Source of the DNA: Candidatus Levyibacteriota bacterium
Lineage (GTDB): Bacteria > Patescibacteriota > Microgenomatia > Levybacterales > UBA12049
NCBI GenBank assembly: GCA_963716145.1
Contig: OY970292.1
Coordinates: 533,171 to 597,170 of the forward strand
DNA: 64,000 nucleotides
Direction: 5' to 3'
In this document: piece by piece, positions 48,580 to 58,589 of the stretch
Layout of the letters: every line of letters starts with the position of its first letter
Numbering within the stretch: position 1 is the first letter of the stretch
The notes under the pieces: model-generated
Told to the model about the DNA's origin: nothing
The model's input: the letters and a program-made list of their open reading frames with translations, nothing else
Databases searched by the model: none
Translations under genes and position numbers: made by a program

Positions 48580-49648
48580 TGACTATCAACAAGTAAAGCA
48601 AAACTTTTTTTCAGAGCTCAAAGCCGCCTCAAACAATAAAAAAAGCAGTCTCTCATACATAAAAAATGACCTTTCTCAAAAACCTCTTGTAGAAAATGGT
48701 ATTGTTCAGGTGATAGTAGTGGGCGGGACAAATTATATTTCCTCATTAGTCAAAGTGGTAAACGGAAAAAATCAGAGTCTGAGTATTGAAAAAGGTAAGT
48801 TGCCTATCTTCAAAACACGTAAAGATTTTTCTCTATTTCTGGATAAAACTCTAAGCAAAGATGCTGAGGCTTTAGGAATCAATTTCGCCTTTCCGCTCTT
48901 GCCCACTACCGGACTTCTGGGAGCGCTTGACGGGATACTTATAAAAGTCACCAAGGAGCACAAATTTATTGGACTTATCGGAAAGCGTGTCGGGGAATTT
49001 GCCGGAAAACAGTATTTTAAAAAATATAAAAACTTTATACCCGTTACAGTTGCCAACGATACAGTCTGCCTCACTCTTTCGGACCAAGGAGAAGCGGATG
49101 GCGGAATGGTCTTGGGGACTGGATTTAACATGAGTTTGAAAACAAGCGGAAAAGCCAAAAAAACGATAATCAATTTAGAAGCCGGCAATTTTAATGGTTT
49201 TGAGATATCCGATACTCTTAAAAAAATTGATGAGATATCTGAAAAACCGGGAAATATGCTGTTTGAAAAAGCTGTTGCCGGTAAATACCTTGTGGAGGAT
49301 TTTAATGAGCAGGCAAAAGCGTTAGGGACAAACTTCGCTTTAAAAACAACCGAAGATTTGTCCCATCTTGCGAAAACAAACCATAAGGCTGAGGGTGATT
49401 TGGCGCAATCAGTTCTGAAAAGGTCAGCATTTTTTATCGCAGGGGCCCTTGCCGGAGTTTATGAATTCAGAAACCGTCCCACCAAACTTGAATTCGTTAC
49501 AGAAGGTAGTTTGTTCTGGAAAGGATATAAATATCAAGAAAATGTACAGAAACAATTAATCGGGCTAGGAGTGCCCAAAAACGCAATAAGATTTAAATAC
49601 GTAGAAGACAGCAGCCTAAAAGGCGCGGTAGGTTTATTGATTAAATAA
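48572..49648 (+). CDS. hexokinase-family sugar kinase
   Basis: VIVVGGTNYISSLV (matches LDLGGTNFRV), LGINFAFPLLPT, VTVANDTV. These follow the order of the hexokinase signature motifs. Confidence 0.55.
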   Translation: MADDYQQVKQNFFSELKAASNNKKSSLSYIKNDLSQKPLVENGIVQVIVVGGTNYISSLVKVVNGKNQSLSIEKGKLPIFKTRKDFSLFLDKTLSKDAEALGINFAFPLLPTTGLLGALDGILIKVTKEHKFIGLIGKRVGEFAGKQYFKKYKNFIPVTVANDTVCLTLSDQGEADGGMVLGTGFNMSLKTSGKAKKTIINLEAGNFNGFEISDTLKKIDEISEKPGNMLFEKAVAGKYLVEDFNEQAKALGTNFALKTTEDLSHLAKTNHKAEGDLAQSVLKRSAFFIAGALAGVYEFRNRPTKLEFVTEGSLFWKGYKYQENVQKQLIGLGVPKNAIRFKYVEDSSLKGAVGLLIK

Positions 49649-49683
49649 TTTCCAATTTTAAATTTCAAATTACAAATTTCTAA

Positions 49684-50058
49684 TTATTTTCTTTCTTTGC
49701 CGTTTATGCCTGCGTTTTTGATAATTGTGCTGACAATCGCAACGATCTCGCTTCCCTCTTTAACTAACAATTTAACCTCAGGCATATAAATTTCCGCATT
49801 TGTGCTTTCTATCAAACGCAGCCAAAAAATTGTTTCTTTTCCTTCTTTTCTTACTATTGTAAAGCCATGAATAAAATCCTTCCTGGTTAATGCACCATCG
49901 GCTTCTTGATCATTTGCGCCCATTGAGGTTACTGAGCGAGTCAATTGATTAATAAATACTAAATTGGTTGCTGTTTTTGGAAGTTTATTTAAAAACTTAA
50001 TAACCGATACTATAAATTTAAAAATCCGTTCGTGAATATCGTAGTTTTTTGCAATCAT
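49684..50058 (-). CDS. four-helix-bundle protein (23S-rRNA-IVS-protein family)
   Basis: SVTSMGANDQEADGALTRKDFIHGFTIVRKEGKETIFWLRLI matches the family pattern S.GAN..EA.G..S.KDFI...IA.KEA.ET.YWL.L. Confidence 0.6.
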   Translation of the reverse strand: MIAKNYDIHERIFKFIVSVIKFLNKLPKTATNLVFINQLTRSVTSMGANDQEADGALTRKDFIHGFTIVRKEGKETIFWLRLIESTNAEIYMPEVKLLVKEGSEIVAIVSTIIKNAGINGKERK

Positions 50059-50133
50059 TGGGTATTTGAAATTTGAAATTATAAATTTGAAATTCCTATG
50101 CTCTCTTCCGGTACTCTGCCTGGTGTTCTTTTT

Positions 50134-51165
50134 TTATCTTCTCATGATCCGGCTCCAGAAATGTTCCTTGATAAACCCAAACGTTTCCGCAGGGTCTTGC
50201 GTATTAACAATAATATTTGTACCCAATTCAAATCCGCCGATGATTTTAACTCTTGGAATCAAGCGCAAATACCAGTTTTTGCCGGGATAAATATAGAAAT
50301 TAAATGGAAATTCATGACCGTGACGCAGATCAAAAATTTGTATCAATCGAGACAAAACAAAGCTCAAATCGGTAATTTCTTCATCTTTGATGAATCCAAA
50401 CCCTCCACCGTTCTGCTTTGGTGCTATCCATGCTTCGTCCGGCCAATCACTCGTTGCGGGGCAGAAGATCAGGAAATGCTCCGTTTCCAATTTTCCATCG
50501 TCCATGTTCCACTTTCCATTTATTTCTTTATTGGACAATTTGGAAATTGAAGATTGCAAATCATTGGAAAATGGTAAATGGGAAATGGAAGATCTATTTG
50601 CTGAATCTTTTTCATAAATAGCCTGATCCAACGGAGTTATATCCAACTTAATATTGTGCGGAATCACCACCAGTTGCGTATGCGGATGTCCAAGGCTTGC
50701 GCCCGCGGATGAGCCCGAATTGTGAAAAATATAAACCCGCCCGCCCTTTTTGTGAGTATTAAACCTCTGCTTGTAAGTTTGCAGTATCAACTCAACAGCT
50801 GATAAAGGCAATTCATCAAAGCTCTTGTGATGATCCGGGGAATGAATTACAACCTCATGATTCGGAGCAAAAGGAAATTTGTTGGCTACTACTCTAACAA
50901 GCCAATTTGAGTCTTTCGGAAAACTCTGAACACTCGGTTCGCCGGATGTATCTGACGGTCTGACAATCTGAACGTCTGACCCTCCGGCTTTCTGAGGATT
51001 CTGAGTATTCTGAATTCTATAAAGTTCTTCCTCGGCAATTTCATTTCCCGGACAAAAAGGGCAAATATCCACGGCTTTTTCAACATTTGTACGATGCGAG
51101 CGCCTGGGAGCAGAAACCACCCATTTGCCGTTAATTTTATTCTGTAAAAATTTGAAATCAGCCAT
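50134..51165 (-). CDS. galT: galactose-1-phosphate uridylyltransferase (HIT family)
   Basis: Zn-binding CPFCPGNE and HPH motif (GHPHTQLVVIPH). Confidence 0.75.
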   Translation of the reverse strand: MADFKFLQNKINGKWVVSAPRRSHRTNVEKAVDICPFCPGNEIAEEELYRIQNTQNPQKAGGSDVQIVRPSDTSGEPSVQSFPKDSNWLVRVVANKFPFAPNHEVVIHSPDHHKSFDELPLSAVELILQTYKQRFNTHKKGGRVYIFHNSGSSAGASLGHPHTQLVVIPHNIKLDITPLDQAIYEKDSANRSSISHLPFSNDLQSSISKLSNKEINGKWNMDDGKLETEHFLIFCPATSDWPDEAWIAPKQNGGGFGFIKDEEITDLSFVLSRLIQIFDLRHGHEFPFNFYIYPGKNWYLRLIPRVKIIGGFELGTNIIVNTQDPAETFGFIKEHFWSRIMRR

Positions 51166-51251
51166 ATTCGAAATTAAAAACTTTATCTTTTTACAGTATA
51201 ACGCAACTATCTGAACTTGACAAAAATGTCTGTTTATAAGAAGATAATTGT

Positions 51252-53525
51252 ATGCCTGACTTGCCCACAGACAAAGACAATAAGGCAGTAGATACTGCTT
51301 TCTCCTATCCTTTTCTGAAAAGGTTTTCCAAAAAAACTCTTATTCTTATTGCGGGCTTCTTAATTCTAATTGTTATGGTAATACTTGGAGTTCTTTTATC
51401 AAAGGATTCATCTGACCAAGCCAAGCAAGCGCAAATTGATGAGCAAAACGCCAAGCTTGAAAATATAAAAAAACAAACAAATCTGCCCTCCTCCAAAGAA
51501 TCAACCAGTACAATTGTCTATGGCGCATGGACCGGCCAACAATCAGTAATAAAATCTGTTGATCTGTTATCCGGAAAATCGGTATCGATTGCTGCACTCC
51601 CGATAAATATTAAAAAAGTAAGTATCCTTTCACCAAAACAATTTGTCTATATTGACCAAACCAACGCCCAGGATCATGGAAAACAGATTGTACGCTTTGG
51701 GATAAAAGAAAAAACCTCAGAAGTTATAATTGTCTCAGATGAAGGATATGGAATTGATGATTATGTTATTTCTCCCAATAAAAGGTACATGGCTGTGTGG
51801 GAAATAGCGCTTGCACCATCATCACAAATACTTTTTGGCGGACGATCACGCGTATACGCAGTGGATCTTTTAAATCCCACCAGTAAACACCTCATATATA
51901 ATGAACTTGCCACAAGCCCGATTCACTATCCAAGAGCAATTCTCAACAATGGAAGACTCTTTACCGATAAATTTCTACCCAATGACCCAAATGGTGGAGC
52001 GGGCTGGTCATACGGAATGGGCGTTTCTGATTTTGAAGGGAAGGATAAGAAAGATCTTTCTCAAATGGAAAACGGTACATATGGTACCCAGCCTTCTATT
52101 TCCTCAAATGGAAAATTCCTTGTATTTGCAGGTTACGATGGAACTCTGGGAGATGGAAAAGCCGCAAAAGACGGTTACCGCCAAGCGATATTAAAGCCAA
52201 ACACAGTTGAACTGCTTGATACGGATACTCTCGAAAGGACAAAATTGCCAAATCTTCCCAATACCAGTACATATATCAGCGCGGACTGGGACAACATCAC
52301 AGGAAATATTCTCCTGACAATTATTCCGACAGACCCTGAAAAAACAGGTCTTTACTTTTATGACCTAACATCTCACAACACAAAGCAGATTAATATCCCT
52401 GGAAACGATCAAGCCACATACTCTTACGTTTCCACGCTATCAAACGGCAAATTTCTTATTGGAAAAGCGGATGAATCTGCCTCCAGCCTGGGAAACTTGG
52501 GAGACGGATATGCTCCATCTCTGAGTCAGCTTTTCAGCTTTGATCCCTCCGCCAATACCGCCGGAGAAATACCGATTGATAATATCTTTGTGCAGTACAT
52601 AACCACTCTTCCCCAAAACTATTTTGCAAATGTTCTAGGATTTACAGCCTACGCGGCGGCAACAACGCCGATTCCCCAACCAACATTTATTGATTTGTAT
52701 TCAGACAAAAACGCAACCAAGCAAAACCTCCAGCTTTACACTTTCCTCTTCAAACAGGATCTTACTCAAACAAGAGAAACTCAGCAGAGTACTCCTGTAG
52801 CCACGCCCACACCTACATCTGCGCCCACAATCCCTCCTCGCGGGGATGCTCCAACACGAGAGCCTTTTAAATTTCCCGAAACAATAAATTGCTGGGATCT
52901 AGCCCAGGCGCAGTGCCACACCACCAAACGCAACACCTGCGTAAAGAATGCTAGAATAAAGCTAAAAGAGCAGGGGAAATGCAACCAGTCCCCTCTTTAT
53001 CTTTACGGACAAGCCGGACAACAGGTGAAAGTTGTGATTCAAACTCCGGTACAAAATGCTATCCCCTCCTACGGAAATGGCTACGATGTGACTATTCAAG
53101 ATGCAGGTAAAATGGAAATAAAAGGACAAATTTACAATGCCATAACTTATGATTATAAATCAAACTTAAGGAGAGTCGCGGCGCCTAGGACAGGAACTAT
53201 TTCCAAATTATCAGAGGTGAGTAAAGTGCTTCAGGAGTATGCGAAAAAGCTGGGATTAAACGAGAAAGAAACAGCTGATCTAGTAAATTCCGCTAAACAA
53301 AAACTGGCCAGCCCATATATACTTATCTCCTTTTACGATCAGGCAACATCTGAGCAAATCCTTCCCTTATCGTTCTATCCGGAACCTGATAATTATCTAA
53401 ATGTTGTCTTTTACTTCAAAGAGCTTGATGAAAAACCAAACTACACCCCTATTCCGCCGGTTTTCCCGGCTCTGCTAAACCGCACCGGCCTCACAGCCGT
53501 TGAGGTGAGTGAGATTGTGGAATAA
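51252..53525 (+). CDS. large membrane-anchored / secreted hypothetical protein with beta-propeller-like repeats
   Basis: N-terminal TM anchor and TolB-like repeat patterns. 757 aa. Confidence 0.4.
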   Translation: MPDLPTDKDNKAVDTAFSYPFLKRFSKKTLILIAGFLILIVMVILGVLLSKDSSDQAKQAQIDEQNAKLENIKKQTNLPSSKESTSTIVYGAWTGQQSVIKSVDLLSGKSVSIAALPINIKKVSILSPKQFVYIDQTNAQDHGKQIVRFGIKEKTSEVIIVSDEGYGIDDYVISPNKRYMAVWEIALAPSSQILFGGRSRVYAVDLLNPTSKHLIYNELATSPIHYPRAILNNGRLFTDKFLPNDPNGGAGWSYGMGVSDFEGKDKKDLSQMENGTYGTQPSISSNGKFLVFAGYDGTLGDGKAAKDGYRQAILKPNTVELLDTDTLERTKLPNLPNTSTYISADWDNITGNILLTIIPTDPEKTGLYFYDLTSHNTKQINIPGNDQATYSYVSTLSNGKFLIGKADESASSLGNLGDGYAPSLSQLFSFDPSANTAGEIPIDNIFVQYITTLPQNYFANVLGFTAYAAATTPIPQPTFIDLYSDKNATKQNLQLYTFLFKQDLTQTRETQQSTPVATPTPTSAPTIPPRGDAPTREPFKFPETINCWDLAQAQCHTTKRNTCVKNARIKLKEQGKCNQSPLYLYGQAGQQVKVVIQTPVQNAIPSYGNGYDVTIQDAGKMEIKGQIYNAITYDYKSNLRRVAAPRTGTISKLSEVSKVLQEYAKKLGLNEKETADLVNSAKQKLASPYILISFYDQATSEQILPLSFYPEPDNYLNVVFYFKELDEKPNYTPIPPVFPALLNRTGLTAVEVSEIVE

Positions 53526-53548
53526 AAATATTTCTCTTCTTACGTTCT

Positions 53549-53711
53549 ATTGTGAGCATTCAAACAAAGCGCGTAAAGAAATTGTGAAATGAGTTGTCAG
53601 GGGGAAACTGGCCGAATGAGCCGAGGGGGTGTTATCACCCGACAACGAATGAACAATTTTAGCGTGACTTTGCGCGAACGAGTTTTTGGTTCTTTTGTCG
53701 GCACAAAAGAA
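53549..53711 (+). repeat. copy B of the conserved structured element
   Basis: Aligns to 16065-16263 with two deletions, the same long-range helix and terminal hairpin (ttcttttgt-cggc-acaaaagaa). Sits at the left boundary of a GC-richer segment. Confidence 0.55.
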
Positions 53712-54046
53712 TGAAGAAAAGTATTTTCCCCAATCTATCAATTAAAATTGGTAAATTAAAGAAAACAGGCATACAAGGACAAAAGGGTCTCCAACGGGAG
53801 GACAAACGGCGTAAAAACGCAGAAAAGTACTCGATCCGGGGGAGGATCACTCAATTGTAAAAAGACGGGAGACCGCCAAGTCCTTGTTTCCCACCGCTTG
53901 TGGTGAGTAAGTTTCCATGATGGAACGCCCTTCTTTCAAAGCTTAGAAAGCTATATCCACCTTGGGAGTCAGAAGTTCACTACACTTCCATATGAGCGTC
54001 CGATCGACACTCGACTCCCACCTCACTACTTCATTCTCAGAAGTAG

Positions 54047-54355
54047 CTATTCAGTTTTGGGCTTCGGCCTCCTCCAGAATGTCATGCTCTCGTCAAACGG
54101 CCGAGTGAGACCGTCAGAAGCTGTGGTGACGTGAGCGCGAGCGGGATCGTGCGCAAACTCCACCTTGGAGACCTGCAGGAGGTCTTCCCCGACTTTGACG
54201 TAGTCTTCTGCCTGGGCATCTTTAAGATCAACCTGGACCATTCCATACATCTGAATCATTCCTCTCGTAGTCTGGTATGCGTAGTACCCTACCTGGGAGT
54301 CCGAGAACTCATGTCTCGACAGATATGGCGACTCCCGCCGCGAATGTAACTGCAC
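54047..54355 (-). CDS. hypothetical protein (GC-rich island)
   Basis: 102-aa ORF, co-directional with and contiguous to two other small minus-strand ORFs. Confidence 0.3.
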   Translation of the reverse strand: MQLHSRRESPYLSRHEFSDSQVGYYAYQTTRGMIQMYGMVQVDLKDAQAEDYVKVGEDLLQVSKVEFAHDPARAHVTTASDGLTRPFDESMTFWRRPKPKTE

Positions 54356-54381
54356 CAGGAACCCACGATGGGGCTACCTAG

Positions 54382-54609
54382 TTAAAGCCAGGGCGGATAT
54401 ACTTCCACTATTAAGATGAAGCTTGTGGAGTCGTCTCGCCTGTAGCAGGACGTTTTCTCCGACAGTGTGAGTTGCCCGGAACAGGTGGTGACGATGGTTT
54501 CTCCACCGCTTCGATCTATCGATGTGACCTTTTCGAGCCAGCCACCGCCGACTGCGATGTAGTCACCCTTCTGGCACTCGGTCCAGGGAATAGGTTGTAG
54601 AACCAACAT
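54382..54609 (-). CDS. hypothetical protein (GC-rich island)
   Basis: 75-aa ORF. Confidence 0.3.
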   Translation of the reverse strand: MLVLQPIPWTECQKGDYIAVGGGWLEKVTSIDRSGGETIVTTCSGQLTLSEKTSCYRRDDSTSFILIVEVYPPWL

Positions 54610-54636
54610 TGCTGCTTCTCCTCTCTCAGCGCGGAT

Positions 54637-54852
54637 CTACCGCTTCGGGTGGCACTGCGGGCATCGCCCGTCATGCCATATTTTGTGTTGACGACACTTG
54701 TACAGAGGGTTCTTCTTCGTTACCACTTTGGCCGTGCGCGTCCTTTCAGACGACGGCGTTGTAGAAACAGAGGCTTGCCGAGCCTTTTCTGCGGCTGCTT
54801 TTAGAGCTGCCGCTGATGGCCTCTGGTTTTTACGAGCATTCCTGTCAGGCAT
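54637..54852 (-). CDS. small basic protein with C-terminal zinc ribbon (CRQH...CPQC)
   Basis: 71-aa ORF. GGAGG ribosome-binding site upstream. Confidence 0.35.
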   Translation of the reverse strand: MPDRNARKNQRPSAAALKAAAEKARQASVSTTPSSERTRTAKVVTKKNPLYKCRQHKIWHDGRCPQCHPKR

Positions 54853-54873
54853 CTGTACGTTTCCTCCGTTTCG

Positions 54874-54999
54874 TTATGCAAGGACAAAGACGACCAGCAC
54901 CACGACCACTACGATCGCAGCGATTATGAGCAAGATGGCCCGCATGAGCCACTTGGGCACCTCTGCAAAACCCATCTCGTCAGGATCAGAAATGAACAT
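54874..54999 (-). CDS. 41-aa single-TM peptide (holin-like)
   Basis: Not in the track (under 60 aa). MFISDPDEMGFAEVPKWLMRAILLIIAAIVVVVVLVVFVLA. AAGGGGG ribosome-binding site. Directly precedes the zinc-ribbon gene on the minus strand. Confidence 0.3.
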   Translation of the reverse strand: MFISDPDEMGFAEVPKWLMRAILLIIAAIVVVVVLVVFVLA

Positions 55000-55555
55000 T
55001 TTCACCCCCTTTCCGAGGCTAGTAGATTGCCGAACTACATCCGGCTCCTACCTTCACTTGTTTTCCCCGCAGCCTACGAATAGGTACACAAAGTATCCAA
55101 AGCCGAGGCATAGAAGGACCACGATGGTTACCGCGATCCCTTGCATTACTGCTGTTCCAATCACTGTGCTCACCTCCTCTCTTTCCCAATCTGGGATTCC
55201 AGGGGGCAAATTTTGCCCGCTCGAAACCCAAATTGGGAATTTGAAGAGAATAAATTTCTAAGCTAAAATCTTGTATGCCTTGTTAAAGAACATCTGCTTA
55301 CTAAATTACGGTATAGCAAAACAGATTTTGCAGCAAAAGATAAAATTCAGACCGCATTTGGCCTCAATTTTTCCTGTTTGCAAGAGTGGAGTCTAGCAGA
55401 AAAAGCAGTTTTTATCAATACTATGAGGCGCAAATTGACCTAACTATTTGAGCTTTGTGAGCGTAGTATAAAAAGCAGTTGAGGTAAGTAAGATTGTTGA
55501 GTAAAGCTTTCCTGGCGTCTTAGCTATTTTTGAGACTGGGGAATTAATGGTCTGC

Positions 55556-55942
55556 CTAAGCTCTTCTGCGTACTTGCAATCGCGGTGTCTCCACGACCTC
55601 AATTCCTGCTTCTGCAAGAGCACGCCGAAGTGGATCGTCAGGATCACTTCCCAAAATTCGGGCAAAACCGGGACGTAGCTCAACGACTTTTGGTGTAGGC
55701 CGACGAGGATCATAACGGGTGGGGTCGGTTGAACCCGCCACTACAAATTCAGGTCCTATGAGGCCATTTCTTCCCCGAGAAACATACGTGGTAACACTTA
55801 CCACAACCTTGGGATCGTCAAGTGTAGTTGGTTCTGCTGTATATGGATAATTAGTTACTACTTTCTCAACATCTACTGCTCTCACCTCTGTTCCAACAGG
55901 CACCACTCCGTCTGGACCAATGAAACTCTCTAGCCTTGCCAT
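55556..55942 (-). CDS. hypothetical protein (GC-rich island)
   Basis: 128-aa ORF. Confidence 0.3.
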   Translation of the reverse strand: MARLESFIGPDGVVPVGTEVRAVDVEKVVTNYPYTAEPTTLDDPKVVVSVTTYVSRGRNGLIGPEFVVAGSTDPTRYDPRRPTPKVVELRPGFARILGSDPDDPLRRALAEAGIEVVETPRLQVRRRA

Positions 55943-56133
55943 ATGAATCAGATAATATTCGAATTTCCCTTACTTATCAACAATTAAAAGTATTAAATCG
56001 CGCTGCGCTAATTTTTGCATACTCAAATCTTTACTTAACCACTAATTTCACAAAATCAGTCAAGGATAAAGAAAATTTATTTATTACTTTCTGCTTGCGA
56101 AAATATATCAAAACAACTATAATCCCAATTATT

Positions 56134-57453
56134 ATGGGGCGAAGAGGTAATGAAGGAGATTTGATTAGTCCAATAAATCCAGGGGGTGGTTTCTCGCGCA
56201 GGCGATTCTTGGAGGGTGCTGGAGCATTGGTGGCTTCTGCTGCCGGTCTCGGGGCTTTGGGTTCTCAGGATTCGGGCCGGCAAGACACCCAATGGGCATT
56301 AGAAAGAATGTTCCAGGTGGATCCAAAGGAATGGCGTGTGACTTTAAACCCACCTCTCAAAAGACCATCAACCTTTGTACTTGCTGCTGGAGAGGGAAAC
56401 CAATTAACCTCCGCTCCCCTTGCGCATACACGATTGACCAGCTCTTTTAATCAGCCCGATGATACTTACCCCGGGGCACCTGTTATTACTGAGAGGGATG
56501 TTGAGATACTGGCACCTCTTTATCCGGCTAACAAACCAACAATTACTGTCAAAACTGATGGACCGCCTATTGTGAAAGAAATCGCATTAGAAGCATACAG
56601 ATATGATGAGTATGGGAGACGGCTTATGGGAGAAGACATTGGAGTTAATGTGTATGGCTCAAGGCCTGTCCTCGTTAGTCCTGTGGAACTGGAGAGAGAA
56701 TCTGGCATGGTTTTAAGACAAGTTCTTAATACAACGCAGGAAGTATTCCGACCATTTAAGGGTTTATGGAATTCTGGACGTGGGGCTTTTGATACATATG
56801 TAGTTCCGGGATCTAATCAAGTTCACACGGGAGCCGACGGCGATGTAATATTTTTGGGTCTTAAGACTATCACGGAACCAGCGTACGAACAGCAAGCTGA
56901 GATTGAAACATTTGCAGCAACTTCAGAGGCAGTTTTTTCTTCACAATTTGAGGCTATGAATCTAAAACCTGCTACCGCTGAACTTGTGACAAAAGTAACC
57001 TCACAGTGGAAGGGAGTAAGGGCGGATAGTGTCGGCAAAAGAGATTTGTCAGCTATAGAGAAGCTATTTGCAAAAGGAACTTATACAGGGGGAGCAGTTT
57101 TAGGAGGTGACTCCGCCCACTTTGCTGATAGTTATAACTATAATGCCTCTAATACAAGACTCTTTGCTGACGCACTGACAATAATGCGTTTTTTTCCTTC
57201 TCAATTAGCACGCGGTGTAGAAGCTCTACCAACGGAGTTGGATAAAAGCATAGCGCGGGACAGACTTAATGCGACCCTCTTGGTATTAGCCGATGGCTAT
57301 AATTACCCGGATAAACATATTTTGTTGGGTCATTTGAAATCTCTAATTTATAATATACAACCCCTGGAAGAAAGACTCGGACTGATACCAGTAAGTAAAA
57401 GCAATCAAGATAATCTAAGCCTTAATCAAACTAGACACCATCCTACAGCTTAG
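56134..57453 (+). CDS. Tat-signal hypothetical secreted protein
   Basis: MGRRGNEGDLISPINPGGGFSRRRFLEGAGALVASAAGLGAL twin-arginine signal. TATAAT at 56118-56123. The start is moved to an internal ATG. Confidence 0.45.
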   Translation: MGRRGNEGDLISPINPGGGFSRRRFLEGAGALVASAAGLGALGSQDSGRQDTQWALERMFQVDPKEWRVTLNPPLKRPSTFVLAAGEGNQLTSAPLAHTRLTSSFNQPDDTYPGAPVITERDVEILAPLYPANKPTITVKTDGPPIVKEIALEAYRYDEYGRRLMGEDIGVNVYGSRPVLVSPVELERESGMVLRQVLNTTQEVFRPFKGLWNSGRGAFDTYVVPGSNQVHTGADGDVIFLGLKTITEPAYEQQAEIETFAATSEAVFSSQFEAMNLKPATAELVTKVTSQWKGVRADSVGKRDLSAIEKLFAKGTYTGGAVLGGDSAHFADSYNYNASNTRLFADALTIMRFFPSQLARGVEALPTELDKSIARDRLNATLLVLADGYNYPDKHILLGHLKSLIYNIQPLEERLGLIPVSKSNQDNLSLNQTRHHPTA

Positions 57454-57459
57454 GCTTAC

Positions 57460-58257
57460 TCAGTGAGGCTTTTGAAAACGTTCCCTGAATACTAATCTAA
57501 CAAACTCAATCAAGGCTAGTTGGCGTTTCCAGCGCCATGGTTCCTTTACTAGGCGGAACAGCCATTCAAATCCAATTGCTCTTATTATAAATGGTGCACG
57601 CGTAGCTTCACCGCTGATATAATCAAACGCCCCACCGACCCCCATTGCCGCTTTCACCGGCAGCTTTTCCAGATTTTTGTAAATCCACTCCTCTTGCTTT
57701 GGATGACCAAAGGCAACGAAAAGCAAATCAATAGATTTATGATTTAAGAAATAAGATTTAGGATCTCTAGAAATGCTATTATTCTTTAATCTTAAATCTT
57801 TAATCTTATCTCTCTCATTTAAATTAGCTGAGTCTTCCCCCCACTCCTCGGCAACATACACAATATTCAAGTTGGGATACTTCCGCAGCAAGCGCTCGGC
57901 TGTTTTATCTGCCACTCCTCTTCTTCCTCCGAGAATGCCTATGGATGCGCCCATTCTTACACTTTTCTTACAAAGAATTTCCATAAAATCTATACCCGGA
58001 ATACGCTCTTTAAAGGGTGTTAGCATCAAAATACTGGCCAAAAATAGCCCAGTTCCGTCAGGAATCGCGATTTCAGCCTCATTCAAAATCTTTTTATACG
58101 CGGGATTTTTTGCGGAATATACCAGAATTTCGGGGTTTGGTGTAGCAATAAAAAGCTTTTTTTTGCTATTTTTTAGGGATTGCAGTATGTACTCTGAGAT
58201 TTCCTCTTCCGTTTCGTTGGTAATTCCAACTCCAAGAATATTACTTTTTTTTAACAT
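57460..58257 (-). CDS. WecB/TagA/CpsF-family glycosyltransferase
   Basis: Family pattern (ILGVGITN...KKKLFIATPNPEILVYS...IPDGTGL). Confidence 0.65.
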   Translation of the reverse strand: MLKKSNILGVGITNETEEEISEYILQSLKNSKKKLFIATPNPEILVYSAKNPAYKKILNEAEIAIPDGTGLFLASILMLTPFKERIPGIDFMEILCKKSVRMGASIGILGGRRGVADKTAERLLRKYPNLNIVYVAEEWGEDSANLNERDKIKDLRLKNNSISRDPKSYFLNHKSIDLLFVAFGHPKQEEWIYKNLEKLPVKAAMGVGGAFDYISGEATRAPFIIRAIGFEWLFRLVKEPWRWKRQLALIEFVRLVFRERFQKPH

Positions 58258-58589
58258 ATTTCACAAATGACTATAAACATAAAATTTAAAATGTAAAACT
58301 CAAAAAATGATTCATTTGTATACAAATCATATGCAAAAATTAGCTACAAAATTTGCGCTCTAGCTTGAAAAATATGTAAAAAATTGTGATAATTCATTTT
58401 TAGTATTATATCACCTTATAACTTGTGAAATCTACTTTATATTTTTGATTACAAACAATTTAATAGTCAACTCTTGCTCCAACTACAAGCCTTATTTTCC
58501 ATTTACCACTTTCCATCTGTCATTAATTGTCAATTTTAAAATTTCCCGATCGATAAATAAATGGAAAATGATAAATGGTCAATGGAAAA

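Noticed and set aside
49650-50100. CRISPR array among the GAAATT/AAATGG repeats
   Set aside because: The repeats are under 12 nt, irregular, without uniform spacers, and sometimes inside coding sequence. This is not CRISPR architecture.
53547-53741. Minus-strand 64-aa ORF over repeat copy B
   Set aside because: It is antisense to the conserved structured element. The same sequence at copy A has no equivalent ORF.
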